Shown in pieces: positions 50,169-60,847 of a stretch of DNA of 64,000 nt; position 1 is the stretch's first letter; the number at the start of each line of letters is the position of its first letter. Below the pieces are notes generated by a model. The model ran no database searches. It was not told the origin of the DNA and saw only the letters and a list, made by a program, of their open reading frames with translations. The stretch covers positions 1 through 64,000 of the forward strand of contig CBFDEM010000050.1 in the NCBI GenBank assembly GCA_965603825.1, in the 5' to 3' direction. The position numbers and the translations under genes were made by a program. Source of the stretch: Blepharisma stoltei ATCC 30299 (Eukaryota; Protista; Ciliophora).

Positions 50169-50885
50169 ATGTCGACCAACTCCAAAGGACAATCATTTTT
50201 GCTAGATCATGCTCAAATGGTCAGAGATTTTCAGCATCATGTGAAAAAACTGAAAGATCATTCAAATCATATTGGCACTTCTAAAGATAACAACGAGCTT
50301 CGCTTAGCGATTGCAGCAGAAAAAGAATCAGCCATGAACTTATGTCAAGAAATTCTTGACGCTTTCAAAACTCAGCCTCCTAACCGGGCCGAAAAACTCC
50401 AGCACGATAAGCTCACCAAAGAGTTCGAAGCATTATCTAAGCAATTTACATTAATTTGCCGAGGATTGGTAGAAAAACAGAAAACAATTATAATAGAAGA
50501 AGAAAAAGAAAGAAGTAGCAGATCAGTAGAGCAAAGTAAAGACACAATTCATTCGTCTGATTTCAAAAGCGTCGGAGGTCTTGAAGATTCACTTTTAAAT
50601 AGAAGTAGAGTAGAAGAATTAGAGGTCCTGGAAAAAGATATGGAGGTCGTAAATCAGATGTTTAAAGATGTTGCAGTCATGGCAAATGAGCAAGGAGTTT
50701 TAATTGATGAGGCTGTAGAAAATGTAGATACAGCGGTAAAGGAAACAGGGAGAGCAGAGGAGGAGCTGGTCAAAGCGGAGAAATATCAGAAGAAAAGTAA
50801 AAGGAAAGTTCTATGCATTTTAGGGATAGTGGCAATTGTTGTGATTGTGCTATTGGGTATTGTTTTAGCGACAATAGTTTTTTAA
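50169..50885 (+). CDS. Qa-SNARE syntaxin (STX7/STX12/Pep12-like), 238 aa
   Basis: IGTSKDN.ELR Habc motif, VN.MFKD.A....EQG..ID...ENV SNARE motif, C-terminal TM. Confidence 0.9.
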   Translation: MSTNSKGQSFLLDHAQMVRDFQHHVKKLKDHSNHIGTSKDNNELRLAIAAEKESAMNLCQEILDAFKTQPPNRAEKLQHDKLTKEFEALSKQFTLICRGLVEKQKTIIIEEEKERSSRSVEQSKDTIHSSDFKSVGGLEDSLLNRSRVEELEVLEKDMEVVNQMFKDVAVMANEQGVLIDEAVENVDTAVKETGRAEEELVKAEKYQKKSKRKVLCILGIVAIVVIVLLGIVLATIVF

Positions 50886-51179
50886 GGGTTTTGTAATTAT
50901 TTTTGTTAATATAATAAATACCTAAGTTAATAAGAGAGATTTGCTATCTAAGTAATCGTCAATTATATTCATTTATAATAAATCTTAGTGAGCATTTTGT
51001 AAAAATTACCTATATTAGCCACATTTACAATAAACATTTTAAGTAAGAAATATATTGAAAAAGAAAGCTTGATGCCTAAATCGAGTCCTCAGTTTAAAGA
51101 TATCAACTAAGCAGCTGTAAACTGGGGAGGATTTTAATATCTTAAGGCTAATATTAAGGTTAAATTTCGTTAAAAAATA

Positions 51180-51566
51180 TTATTTATTAGAATTTTCTTG
51201 GGATTTTGTTGTGTTTTTGGGTGGTCTTAGGATCCTAGCTCTTTTTCTAGCTTTAAAATTGGTTTCTGGAGGGTATTTAGCAATTAATTCAGAAAACCGG
51301 CTTTGATCTCTGTAAAATATCAAATGCATTGCAAAAATTGAGGTAGCTGATAAAGCAAAAGACATCAAGGTAAAGCCAAGCCGAGTTGTAAAGGTTTGTC
51401 CAGGGTAAACTACACAGTAAACTCTTTTAAACATCCAGCCTCCTATAAGAGGTGGGAAGCCAAAATTTAAAATCCTTGTTGCCCATTTGAGAACATAAGT
51501 AAGGTCATCTTCTTCTAAATAATACATGTATCTAGCTATTCTTATAAGCTGCCATGGATTTTCCAT
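51180..51566 (-). CDS. Small two-TM hypothetical protein, 128 aa
   Basis: ATG..TAA ORF with two hydrophobic segments. Confidence 0.65.
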   Translation of the reverse strand: MENPWQLIRIARYMYYLEEDDLTYVLKWATRILNFGFPPLIGGWMFKRVYCVVYPGQTFTTRLGFTLMSFALSATSIFAMHLIFYRDQSRFSELIAKYPPETNFKARKRARILRPPKNTTKSQENSNK

Positions 51567-51859
51567 ACTGTATTTTACAAATTTAATGAAAAATCCATAA
51601 TTTATTATGCCATCTTAGATGCTGCTTTAAATAAGAGATTGAATTAAAGCAGAAAGATTTTTAAACATAAAGGATTGTACAATTTAATAATCTTAATAAA
51701 AGCATATATTTTAGGCAGTCAGGCTGATTTCTATATTTTTATATGTTTGGGTTCTGTTAATGCTATTTTTTAATTATCCTACACATGAATTCATAATAAT
51801 TCGCTGTTATCTCATTATGATGCTACAGAATGTGATTTATTTTTATAATTATCTTAGAT

Positions 51860-53533
51860 ATGGAAACTGAGAGTGATTCTGAAAAAGAGATACAAGCCAA
51901 AAGCGATTCCGATAGCGAGACAGAAAAAGAAAGGCAAGCCAAAAAAGAATTTCTTCACAAAGAAATCGTTGAAATGAACTATAGTCCAGAAGAGTTTACC
52001 GAATTTTGCCAGACCCGAAAAGGGACTGACATTGATCTCTGGCATATTTCAGAACTCGAAGTATGTGTCAAAGAGTTCAAGCTTGCCCATCAACCTAATA
52101 TAAATAGAAAATCAAGTTGAGGTGATGAAAAACCCTTTACGATTGAACAACCTGTTCGAGAATCCCCACATTTAGAATCCCCCAGAGCCAAACGGCAGTC
52201 CATAAACATAATTCTTCCCAGAAAATCAATGCCAGAGCCCTGAAACCAAGAAAGCCCAGAAAACGCTCCATACTCTCATACAGCCATAAAAGCCCATGAT
52301 AATCAATTATCACTAGAAGACTCAGTGTCTGTAAAAGTAGAAGAGTAAGGTATAAATAGAGCAATAAAAAGGTCAGGAGGAATGTTTTCCTTTACAAAAG
52401 TCTGTTTTCCGATGACTACAACTCCGCTGAATTGGCATGTGGAAAGGACTATTGATGATTTTATATGACTGAGATCAGTACTCGCGGTATCATATCCAGC
52501 TTGCTATATCCCGCCAAATCCTCCAAAATATGTAAAAAGCCATCTGCAGAGCGGAGATTTAGATGAAAATCTAAATAAACAAAGAGTGTTCCTACAAAAT
52601 TTTATATCAAGCGTAGTAAGAAACCAGCTATTTCGACGATCTATACATTTGCAGGGTTTTTTAAAAGAAGCGGACCCTAGTGAGTTTAATCAGCTGAAAA
52701 AGCAGTCAAATAAGCTGAAAAAGCCGAATAAGATTGAAGAGCATTGAACTATGGAAGGATACGTCATTTGTGACCCTTTTCTTGAAGAAAAAGAATGCAC
52801 AGTTTTAGATGAATATTTGCATTACACCGAAGCAATGAAGAAAAAAATTAAGCGGCAAACTGATACGCTGATTGAGGCTATTAAAGAAGTCTCGCAGCTT
52901 ATTTTTGATATTTCTAAGAGCTTTGAAATATTAGAAAGTTTGCAAGATTACTTTCCAGAAGTAATACCTATTTAGATTCCTGCCTCAAAACTTCATTATA
53001 ATCTTTTAAAAAACAGTTTTTTACTATGATCAGAGCACGAAATCGAGACCTCAAAAATAATCAAAGATTATTATAATATTTATTTCAAATACGGATACAC
53101 AGAAATTTCATCATTAAAAGAGTTCGTAAAAGAACGTGAAAATAAATTAGCAATTTATCAAAAATCATTAAATGCATTTGATAAAAAAAAAGAAAAGCTA
53201 TGAAACACAAAAGACGTCTCAAAATGGGGCTGCAACCCTGAAGAACAATTAGACATAAATAAGCTCTTGCAGAATAAACAATTTGCCTTTACCAAAATGC
53301 TACATAAAGAAGGAAAAGAAATAGAAAAGCTGAAAAATGAGTTTTCTTATTATAATTTTCAAGTAAAAGCTGAAACCAGAAGGGTTTTTTTAGAAAATCA
53401 AGTCATTGCGAATGGCCATTTTTCTGAGTCTGGGAAAGCGTTTGCAGATCATTCGATGTCTATGCATAAAAGATGGACTGATTTTGTTGAGAGTCTAGAT
53501 AAAATTAGGGTGGAATGCATTTCGTCTAGTTAA
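51860..53533 (+). CDS. PX-domain sorting nexin-like protein with helical (BAR-like) C-terminus, 547 aa, two 15-nt introns
   Basis: W.V.R...DFI-W(TGA)-LR..L...YP..YIPP.PPK..LQNF....LQGFL; six TGA and introns 52345-52359, 52961-52975. Confidence 0.85.
52345..52359 (+). other. 15-nt intron GTAAGGTATAAATAG
   Basis: GT..AG, A10, removes an in-frame TAA. Confidence 0.88.
52961..52975 (+). other. 15-nt intron GTAATACCTATTTAG
   Basis: GT..AG, A10, removes an in-frame TAG. Confidence 0.9.
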
Positions 53534-53548
53534 TTAATTTTTTGAAAA

Positions 53549-53983
53549 ATGGAAAAATCAGGCGATGGGGTTGTAGGGAAACACAAGCAAATTGCTCAGG
53601 ATTGGGAAGTTGAGTATAAGCCTTTATATGAGCAGCTGAGAAGCAAAAAAGTATTAACTGAGGAAATATGACAAGAATCTGTAAACTCACTGGTGTCGCC
53701 TGATGGGATTAATGAAGAGGACCTTGAAGTTTTCCAATATTATGGTAATAAAAGACTGCAAAAAGATTCTGGAGGAAAAATAAACATAAAAGCCAGAGAT
53801 CTAGCCAAGTTTAGGAACGCAAGAAAAGATATAGTCTATAAAGAAGAAGACCAGCTAACCTTAAAAATTGTTCCAGCAGAGAGAAAAAGATCCAGGACTC
53901 CACCCTTAGAAAAGTTTAAAAAAACTATAAAAATCAAGAAAAATAGCCAAAAAAATCCAGAAAAAGCTTGTAATAAATTATAA
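53549..53983 (+). CDS. Possible FAM192A/PSME3IP1 (NIP30/Fyv6)-like protein, 144 aa
   Basis: ATG 53549, one TGA; YKPLYEQLR..K...EE.W....GINEEDLEVF resembles the NIP30 N-terminal domain. Confidence 0.55.
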
Positions 53984-53991
53984 GACTTAAT

Positions 53992-54996
53992 TTAAACTAG
54001 TATTTTATAGCTTGCACTAGACTGAGTGAAATCATTCAACTCCACTTTTCTTGGTTTACCTCCTGCAACTTTATTAAGGAACATAGAAACCGCTACTCCA
54101 AGAATTGCAATTGTAATGATCCATCCCCAAATTCAGAAACTTTTCATATCTGGCTTATTTGCTATCATTTTGGCTGGATTTTTTTCACAAAAATTAGCAT
54201 TGCAAGCTCTCTTGCATGATTCTTTATTGTCAGTAGCTTCTTTACAGAAGCTAGAGCAGTCTAGTTCACAACTGGAAAGTTTTTTCTGAATCGGTTTGAT
54301 AATAACCCGATTTATTTCTATTTCTTTATATACAGATCCTTGGTTTATAGATGTTTCTGTCCTTAAATCAGTGCTAGTATAACTACCAGACGAATTCTCT
54401 TGATTTTCATAATTATTAAATGCAGCTTTTTCTATATTTGACTCTTGGCTATCTTCAATAGTTGCTCCATTTTTAATCTGACTGATAATTTTGGCTTCTT
54501 CATTGATGGGGCTTTCTTCTATTCTATTGTATCTTCTTGTACTGACTTTTCTATATGCAAATTCTTTATTGTTTGGGTCGGCACTGACTATTTCCACTTC
54601 TATGTGGGATTCAGTGGAGCCATCAAAATGGGCTTTTTCAGCTTCAATATCAGTAGGGTCTTGTTTTTGTTGGATAATAGGCACATCGTCGATTTGGACT
54701 AAAAGTCCACTTTTAAGCTGAGTATAGAGTTCTGGGGTCAGTAAGTGTTTACAGCCGCACTGTTGAGGGCATTGAGCTGCTGCTATGCCTTTGGTAAATT
54801 GGAAACATATGTCTACGCATTTAAGAGGGCAGCCCATTACTGATTCAATATTTGCTGCTTCTTCACTATTCACAGATTGCAATGCAAAGGTCTCTCCTGT
54901 CTCAATTTGAAGTATGCGAGAAGTCAGGATTATATTAGCGCCTGCAATAAAAAATAATGTTAACGGAGCACAATTTTTCATTATAACTATTACCAT
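53992..54996 (-). CDS. Type I membrane protein with two Cys-rich modules, about 334 aa
   Basis: Signal peptide, C-x3-C-x3-C modules; TM and YKIL tail appear only after TGA 54133 read-through; start could be 54981. Confidence 0.75.
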
Positions 54997-55290
54997 CCAT
55001 TTTAAAATTCATCTTAGAATCTGTTTGAATTTTTTGAAATGCAAATTATGAGCCTTAATGAAATAGAGATGCTATTAAAATTTCTTGTAAATGAAAATCT
55101 TAATCAGAGGTAAAATATCAAAAGTTTGTACCTATTAGATATTCAAAAAAAGGAAAATCAATAAAATCAACTTTTCTAGCTCTGACAAGAATCTTTTATA
55201 AATTAGGCACTTTTATATTGCATCTTTATAATTAAAATGCAATTGCATGTGAATTTGTAAAAAATAAATATGTAAATAATTTTGAGTTAT

Positions 55291-56163
55291 ATGAAGCGAT
55301 TTACCCAACCTAAATTTGGCATTGAAAAGCTGAGAAGATACATCGAAAACCATGTCCCTCAAACAAAACAAGTTTCCCCTCGATCTTCTCATACATCAGA
55401 TTCCTTATCGTCCCCAGCAGCTTGACCATCAAAGATTGAAAGAAAAGAAAATCAGTTTGGAATCCGATTAAATATCAAAGGAATTACCATTAATTCTAAC
55501 GAAAAATCAGGACAAACATATATTGAATGTAAAAATGATGTACCTATATTAAAAAAAGACCCTATCACCTACAAAAATCATAAACAGAAGCTACTTACAA
55601 AGCCAATAAAAATGAGTACGGTTTCTCTGAATGTTTCAACAACTTTTTTTGAGGAAGAGAGTCATCTAAAATCTGAGGTGACTACACCTAAATATTTTCA
55701 AAGAAGCATCCTATCAAGAAGCTCAGTGTTTCGTGGAAATCAAAAAAACTCTGGATCTCCTCCCTGTTTAGCTTCTAACAGCTTTGAAAAAGATTTATTA
55801 TTTAGGACTTGCTCATTGTCAAACTCAAACAAAAAATCTCTAAAATCTTTTTCATTTCACCGAAAAACCAACTCATTTGGAGGCGAAAACGTAAAATCTC
55901 TTTCTAAAGGAGGAGGATTTATGGCTGCTGGACCTTTAAAGCATATAAAAGTTCGATCCTTGAAATTTAAAAATGCAGCTTTAGGAGAAACGAAAGAGGA
56001 GGGAAAATGAAGTTTCCAGATTATTAAGAACCCAATTTTCCCTGCTTATAAAGTTCAGAATTTAGGGGAAACTGAAGATGAAATTCCAGCTAATCATGCT
56101 AAAATACACATAAAAAAACGGGCTGAAAATTGTAAATTAATATTACATAAAAAAAATTTTTAA
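55291..56163 (+). CDS. Hypothetical Ser/Lys-rich protein, 290 aa
   Basis: ATG 55291 to TAA 56163 through two TGA codons. Confidence 0.7.
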
Positions 56164-56266
56164 TTAGCATGATTTCTTTCCAATTAATTCCCATATAGCC
56201 ATCTCGATGGTTTTTATTTTATTTATTTTATGTAAAATTATTTATTCTGCTACTTTTGCATTATAA

Positions 56267-56752
56267 ATGATCCACTTCTTACTTTTGATCAGCCGGCATG
56301 GAAAAATCAGGTTATCAAAATTTTACACTGCTTTTCCTATAAGAGAAAGAGATAAAATGCTAAAAGAAGTATTTTAAATTCAGATAAAAACAACAGTCAT
56401 AGGTAGAAACAGCAAGCTTTGCAACTTTTTAGAATGGCGTGACATGATCTTAGTTACCAAGAGGTATGCAAGCTTATATTTTGTGGCAGCAGTCGATAAA
56501 GAAGATAACGAGCTCAGCATGCTCAATATAATTCATTCATTTGTAGAGGTCCTTGACAAATATTTTAACAGTGTCTGCGAGCTTGACATTATCTTCAATT
56601 TCCACAAGGCATATTATATACTTGACGAAATGATAATGGGAGGCTACATAGTTGAGACCAGCAAAACCCAAATCCAAAGAATCATTGCAAGCCAGGAATC
56701 ACAGTTCGAAGACAGCAAAGAAGAAGACAAAAAAGGGAAGCCGAAAAAATAA
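56267..56752 (+). CDS. AP1S: AP-1 adaptor complex sigma subunit, 156 aa, one 15-nt intron
   Basis: MIHFLLLISRHGKIRLSKFY, CNFLEWRD, KRYASLYF, VCELDIIFNFHKAY. Confidence 0.92.
56369..56383 (+). other. 15-nt intron GTATTTTAAATTCAG
   Basis: GT..AG, A10, removes an in-frame TAA and restores sigma-adaptin spacing. Confidence 0.92.
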
Positions 56753-56861
56753 TTCTTAACTACGATTATTTAGACATTTCATCTACATAAAATAAAGAAA
56801 ATTTAGTTATGCTTACAAATATGAGCAAATCATAGATAAAATTACAGATTTATATAATAAA

Positions 56862-59800
56862 ATGGCCCAGGTCTCGGAAGTTGGCTCACAGCGATCTCTA
56901 TATGTGAATGGGTTTGAACTAAATCAATTGAAGAAATTTCCATCAAATTATGTCAGCACGACGAAATACAACATAATTACATTTCTACCACTAAGTCTTT
57001 TAGAGCAGTTTAAGAGGCTTCCAAATGTATACTTTCTAATAATTGCAGTGCTACAGTCCATTCCTCAGATCTCTGCATTAACTTCTTATACTGCAATTGC
57101 ACCAATCTGCTTTGTTTTGGCAGTATCTATTATCCGTGATGGTTTTGAAGACTATTTAAGATATAAGGCAGATAAAGAAACGAATTCTACTGAGACCGGA
57201 ATTTATTGTAATGGAAAATTTGAGAAAAAGCCTTTTAAAGACATTGAAGTAGGCAACATTATTTGTATAGAAAAGGACGAAGCTTTTCCTTGTGATGTAG
57301 TTATGCTTTCGAATTCCTCAGAAAATGGGATTGCTTATATAGAAACTTCAAGCCTTGATGGCGAAAAAGCTTTGAAGCCAAGACTTGCCTTACCTATTAC
57401 TATGAATACAATAAAAAAAGATGAATTTATTCGAATGTTTTCTCTAATTGAATGTGACCATCCTAATGCTAAAATCTATGAATTCAAAGGTACAATAGAA
57501 TTCAACAATCAAAAACACTCAATTACAAAGGACAATTTGCTACTTGCAGGAGCATTTTTAAGGAATACCAAATGGGCAATTGGAGTAGCGGTCTATACAG
57601 GGACCGAAACGAAGCTGAGGATGAATCTGATGAAAAGAAGGTATAAACAAAGCCAGATCGAAAAAATTGTAAATAAATATATTATTGGGATTTTAGCTAT
57701 ACAATTTTCATTGTGCTTTATACATGCTATTTTATCAGGAGTTTGGGCTAGCAAGTATGGAGATGATAGCCATTATTTAGATGGAAATACTTATAGTCCA
57801 GGACTTCAAGGATTTTTGACTTACTTTACGTACTTTTTACTGTTAAATACAATGCTGCCAATCTCTCTTATAGTTTCTTTAGAAATTTTGAAATTAATGC
57901 AAGGCTATTTTATGCAGCAAGACCTTTCAATGTATAGCACTATAAGAGATAGGCCCTGCAAGGTATCAGCATTTAGTCTAAATGAAGAATTGGGGATGAT
58001 CCAGCACATTTTTTCAGACAAAACTGGCACTCTTACTCGTAACCGTATGGAATTCAAATTCTGCACAGTCGGCAATAAAATGTATGGCGAGCGAAAATTT
58101 TTGCTCAGCCGACATTTTACATCAGTGGTCTCCAAAGCTACCAAAGCTTTAATTTTTACCTTTAACACTAAAGATATAGAAAATGATTTATTTACTAGAG
58201 AAGAAAGCATCCCATTGGTGCATCCTATAACCTATGATAATGGTGATGGAAAAGAAATGGTTTCTACCCAGCAGGAACTGCTTGATTTATTTATCAAGTG
58301 CATGGCTCTATGCCATGAATGCTTAATTGAAGAAAAGGATAACGAAATTAATTATATTGGACAAAGCCCAGATGAAATCGTCCTAGTGGATTGTGCCCAT
58401 AATATTGGCTACACCTATGCAAAAGTCAAAGCAAGTATTATTAATCTACACAAGACGCCATTTGGGATAAATGACCAAATTGAAGTCTTACAGTTTGACA
58501 AAACTTGCACCCTAGAATTTAGTTCTAGTCGTCAAAGAAGTTCAGTCCTCGTGACTGACTTAAAGACAGGCAAACATATTTTGTTTACCAAAGGTGCTGA
58601 CACTCGAATAATCCCAATGCTTTCCCCAGAAAATTCCAAAGAATATTTAGAAAAAATTAATAAGGATTTATTAATGTTTTCAGAGCGAGGCTACCGTACC
58701 TTGGTTTTTACCTTTAAATATATTGATGATGAATATTTTGAAAACTGGAAATCAAGGTATGATAAAGCATGCACTTTAATTGAAGGGAGAGAAGCAAAAG
58801 TTGAAGAATTGTCAGAAGAAATTGAAAAAGGCTTATTTTTGTTAGGATGCACAGCTGTAGAAGATGCGCTACAAGATGAAGTCCCAGCGACAATTCAGGA
58901 TTTATTGAGAGCTGGGATCAATATTTGGATGCTCACTGGAGATAAACTGGAAACTGCAGAAAATATAGGGAAAACTGCGTCGTTAATTGATGAAAATATG
59001 GAAGTGGGGAGATGCCCAAAGATGGAGCTAAAAAAATGCTATAGAAATTTAAAAAAAATTAATAAAAAGTTCCTCAGTGTTAAAGGACAAAAAGAAACTG
59101 CCCTTGTGATAGAAGGAAACTGCTTGGATTTTGTTCTGTATAATCCTAATGATCCTATAGTAAAAAAAGGCTCAGAATATGACGATCTCGAGAAAGTAGC
59201 CAAAATAAGACAGCTTTTCTTAGAAATATCATTGGGTTGTAAAACTGTCATTTGCTGCAGAGTGACTCCAGGACAAAAGCAGAGTATTGTTAAATTGATG
59301 AAACAGCATACAGGGTCAGTCACATTATCAGTTGGAGATGGCGCGAATGACGTTTCTATGATTTTAGAAGCCCATATTGGTGTAGGAATATATGGAGAAG
59401 AAGGGATGCAAGCTGTACAGGCAAGTGATTATGCAATAGGGGAATTTAGATATCTGTGGGAACTTCTGCTGGTGCATGGCAGATTTAATTATATTAGACA
59501 GAGTCAGATGATCATGTATTTTTTCTATAAAAATCTTATATTTACCATCCCTCAATTTTACTATGGATTTTATTGTGCTTATAGTGGAGAAACCCTTTAT
59601 GACGACTGATATTTAACTTTTTACAATATGGTATTTACCGCTTTACCATTAATCGCAAGAGCTCTATTTGAAATAGACATAAAAATCCCTAAAAGATATG
59701 AAGTAGGTGCTACTTTAGCAAGCGGAAAAGATACTCTACGCAAATTAATCCCAATAACTTATGATGTAGGGCGTCTAAACCAGATTTTTACAGCTAAAAA

Positions 59801-60281
59801 ATTCTGGGGTTGGCTTGCTAATGGCTTTTTGCACTCTGTAATAATATTTTTTATCCCTCTCTACGCATCAGAAGAAGGCATAATGACTTCTAAAGGCTAT
59901 AATTATGACCACTGGACCTTTGCAATAACTTCTTTTTCTTCTATTATTTTGATTGTCAATTTTAAGCTTGGAATAAACACTAATTATTGGAATCTTTGGC
60001 ATTTTCTTGCAATGGGGATAACCAGCATACTAGCTTATATTGTTTTTATTGTGATTTATGACCCTTTTACGAGTACTCCGTCTAATATGACACTTTACCA
60101 GCTTTTTGCCACGCAATACTTCTATATTACAATTATTACAACTACTTTATTTGTAGTATCGCTGGATGGGGCATGACAGTGGGGAAGAAGGTTGCTATTC
60201 CCGACGCTGTCTGAAAAAGTTATGGATTATTCTCGTAAGATAGTTTATAAAAATGAGAAAAGATCAGATGATGATTTTTAA
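56862..60281 (+). CDS. P4-type ATPase (phospholipid flippase), 1139 aa
   Basis: N.VSTTKY, LDGEK, PISL, SDKTGTLT, MLTGDK, CCRVTP, GDGAND, YDD-W(TGA)-YLTFYN; two TGA. Confidence 0.95.
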
Positions 60282-60320
60282 TTAAATTTAATAAGAAAAA
60301 ACTAATTTGGATAATAAAAT

Positions 60321-60761
60321 ATGTGCTTCAAGATGGAAAAGATTAGAAATTGCATTAAAAGAAGACGAGCAAGTGTTGAAACTGTCGAGACATATGATAA
60401 TCAGAAGACAAAGTTTGAAAACCCTCCGAACTCGAAAAGCTCATTGTTTATAACAAAACTTTCGAAGCAAAATACTCCAAGAATTCAAAGGAATTTCTCA
60501 TGCCCAGAAATAAAAACTAAAAATAGCCCACATAATTTAAAACCTACTCTCAGTAAAAGGTGAAAATCACCTTTTTTAGAAGTATCTATAGCCATAAAAA
60601 CTCCTTCAATGCCTCAGCTCTCCCAATTTTTTAAACTTTCAGGTCAAAGTTTAAAAGCCAAGCCATCATCTTTATACCCATGCGGCTCAGTCCGAATCAT
60701 CAAAAAGAAAAAATCATGCTCATCAATCTCAGTAGGTGAGCAAACACAAACCATGATATAG
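60321..60761 (+). CDS. Hypothetical basic protein, 146 aa
   Basis: ATG 60321 through TGA 60561 to TAG 60761. Confidence 0.55.
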
Positions 60762-60847
60762 GATTTAATTCAAAAAAAATCTATTGATAATGCCAAATCC
60801 ATGTATTTTAACATAAATTAATAAAATGAATATCAATTTTTATTAAA

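Noticed and set aside
51086-51128. 11-bp hairpin between convergent genes
   Set aside because: Isolated stem without supporting motifs; plausible by chance
51622-51652. 9-bp inverted repeat CTGCTTTAA/TTAAAGCAG
   Set aside because: AT-rich; no second hairpin with an ACA box, so not called as a snoRNA
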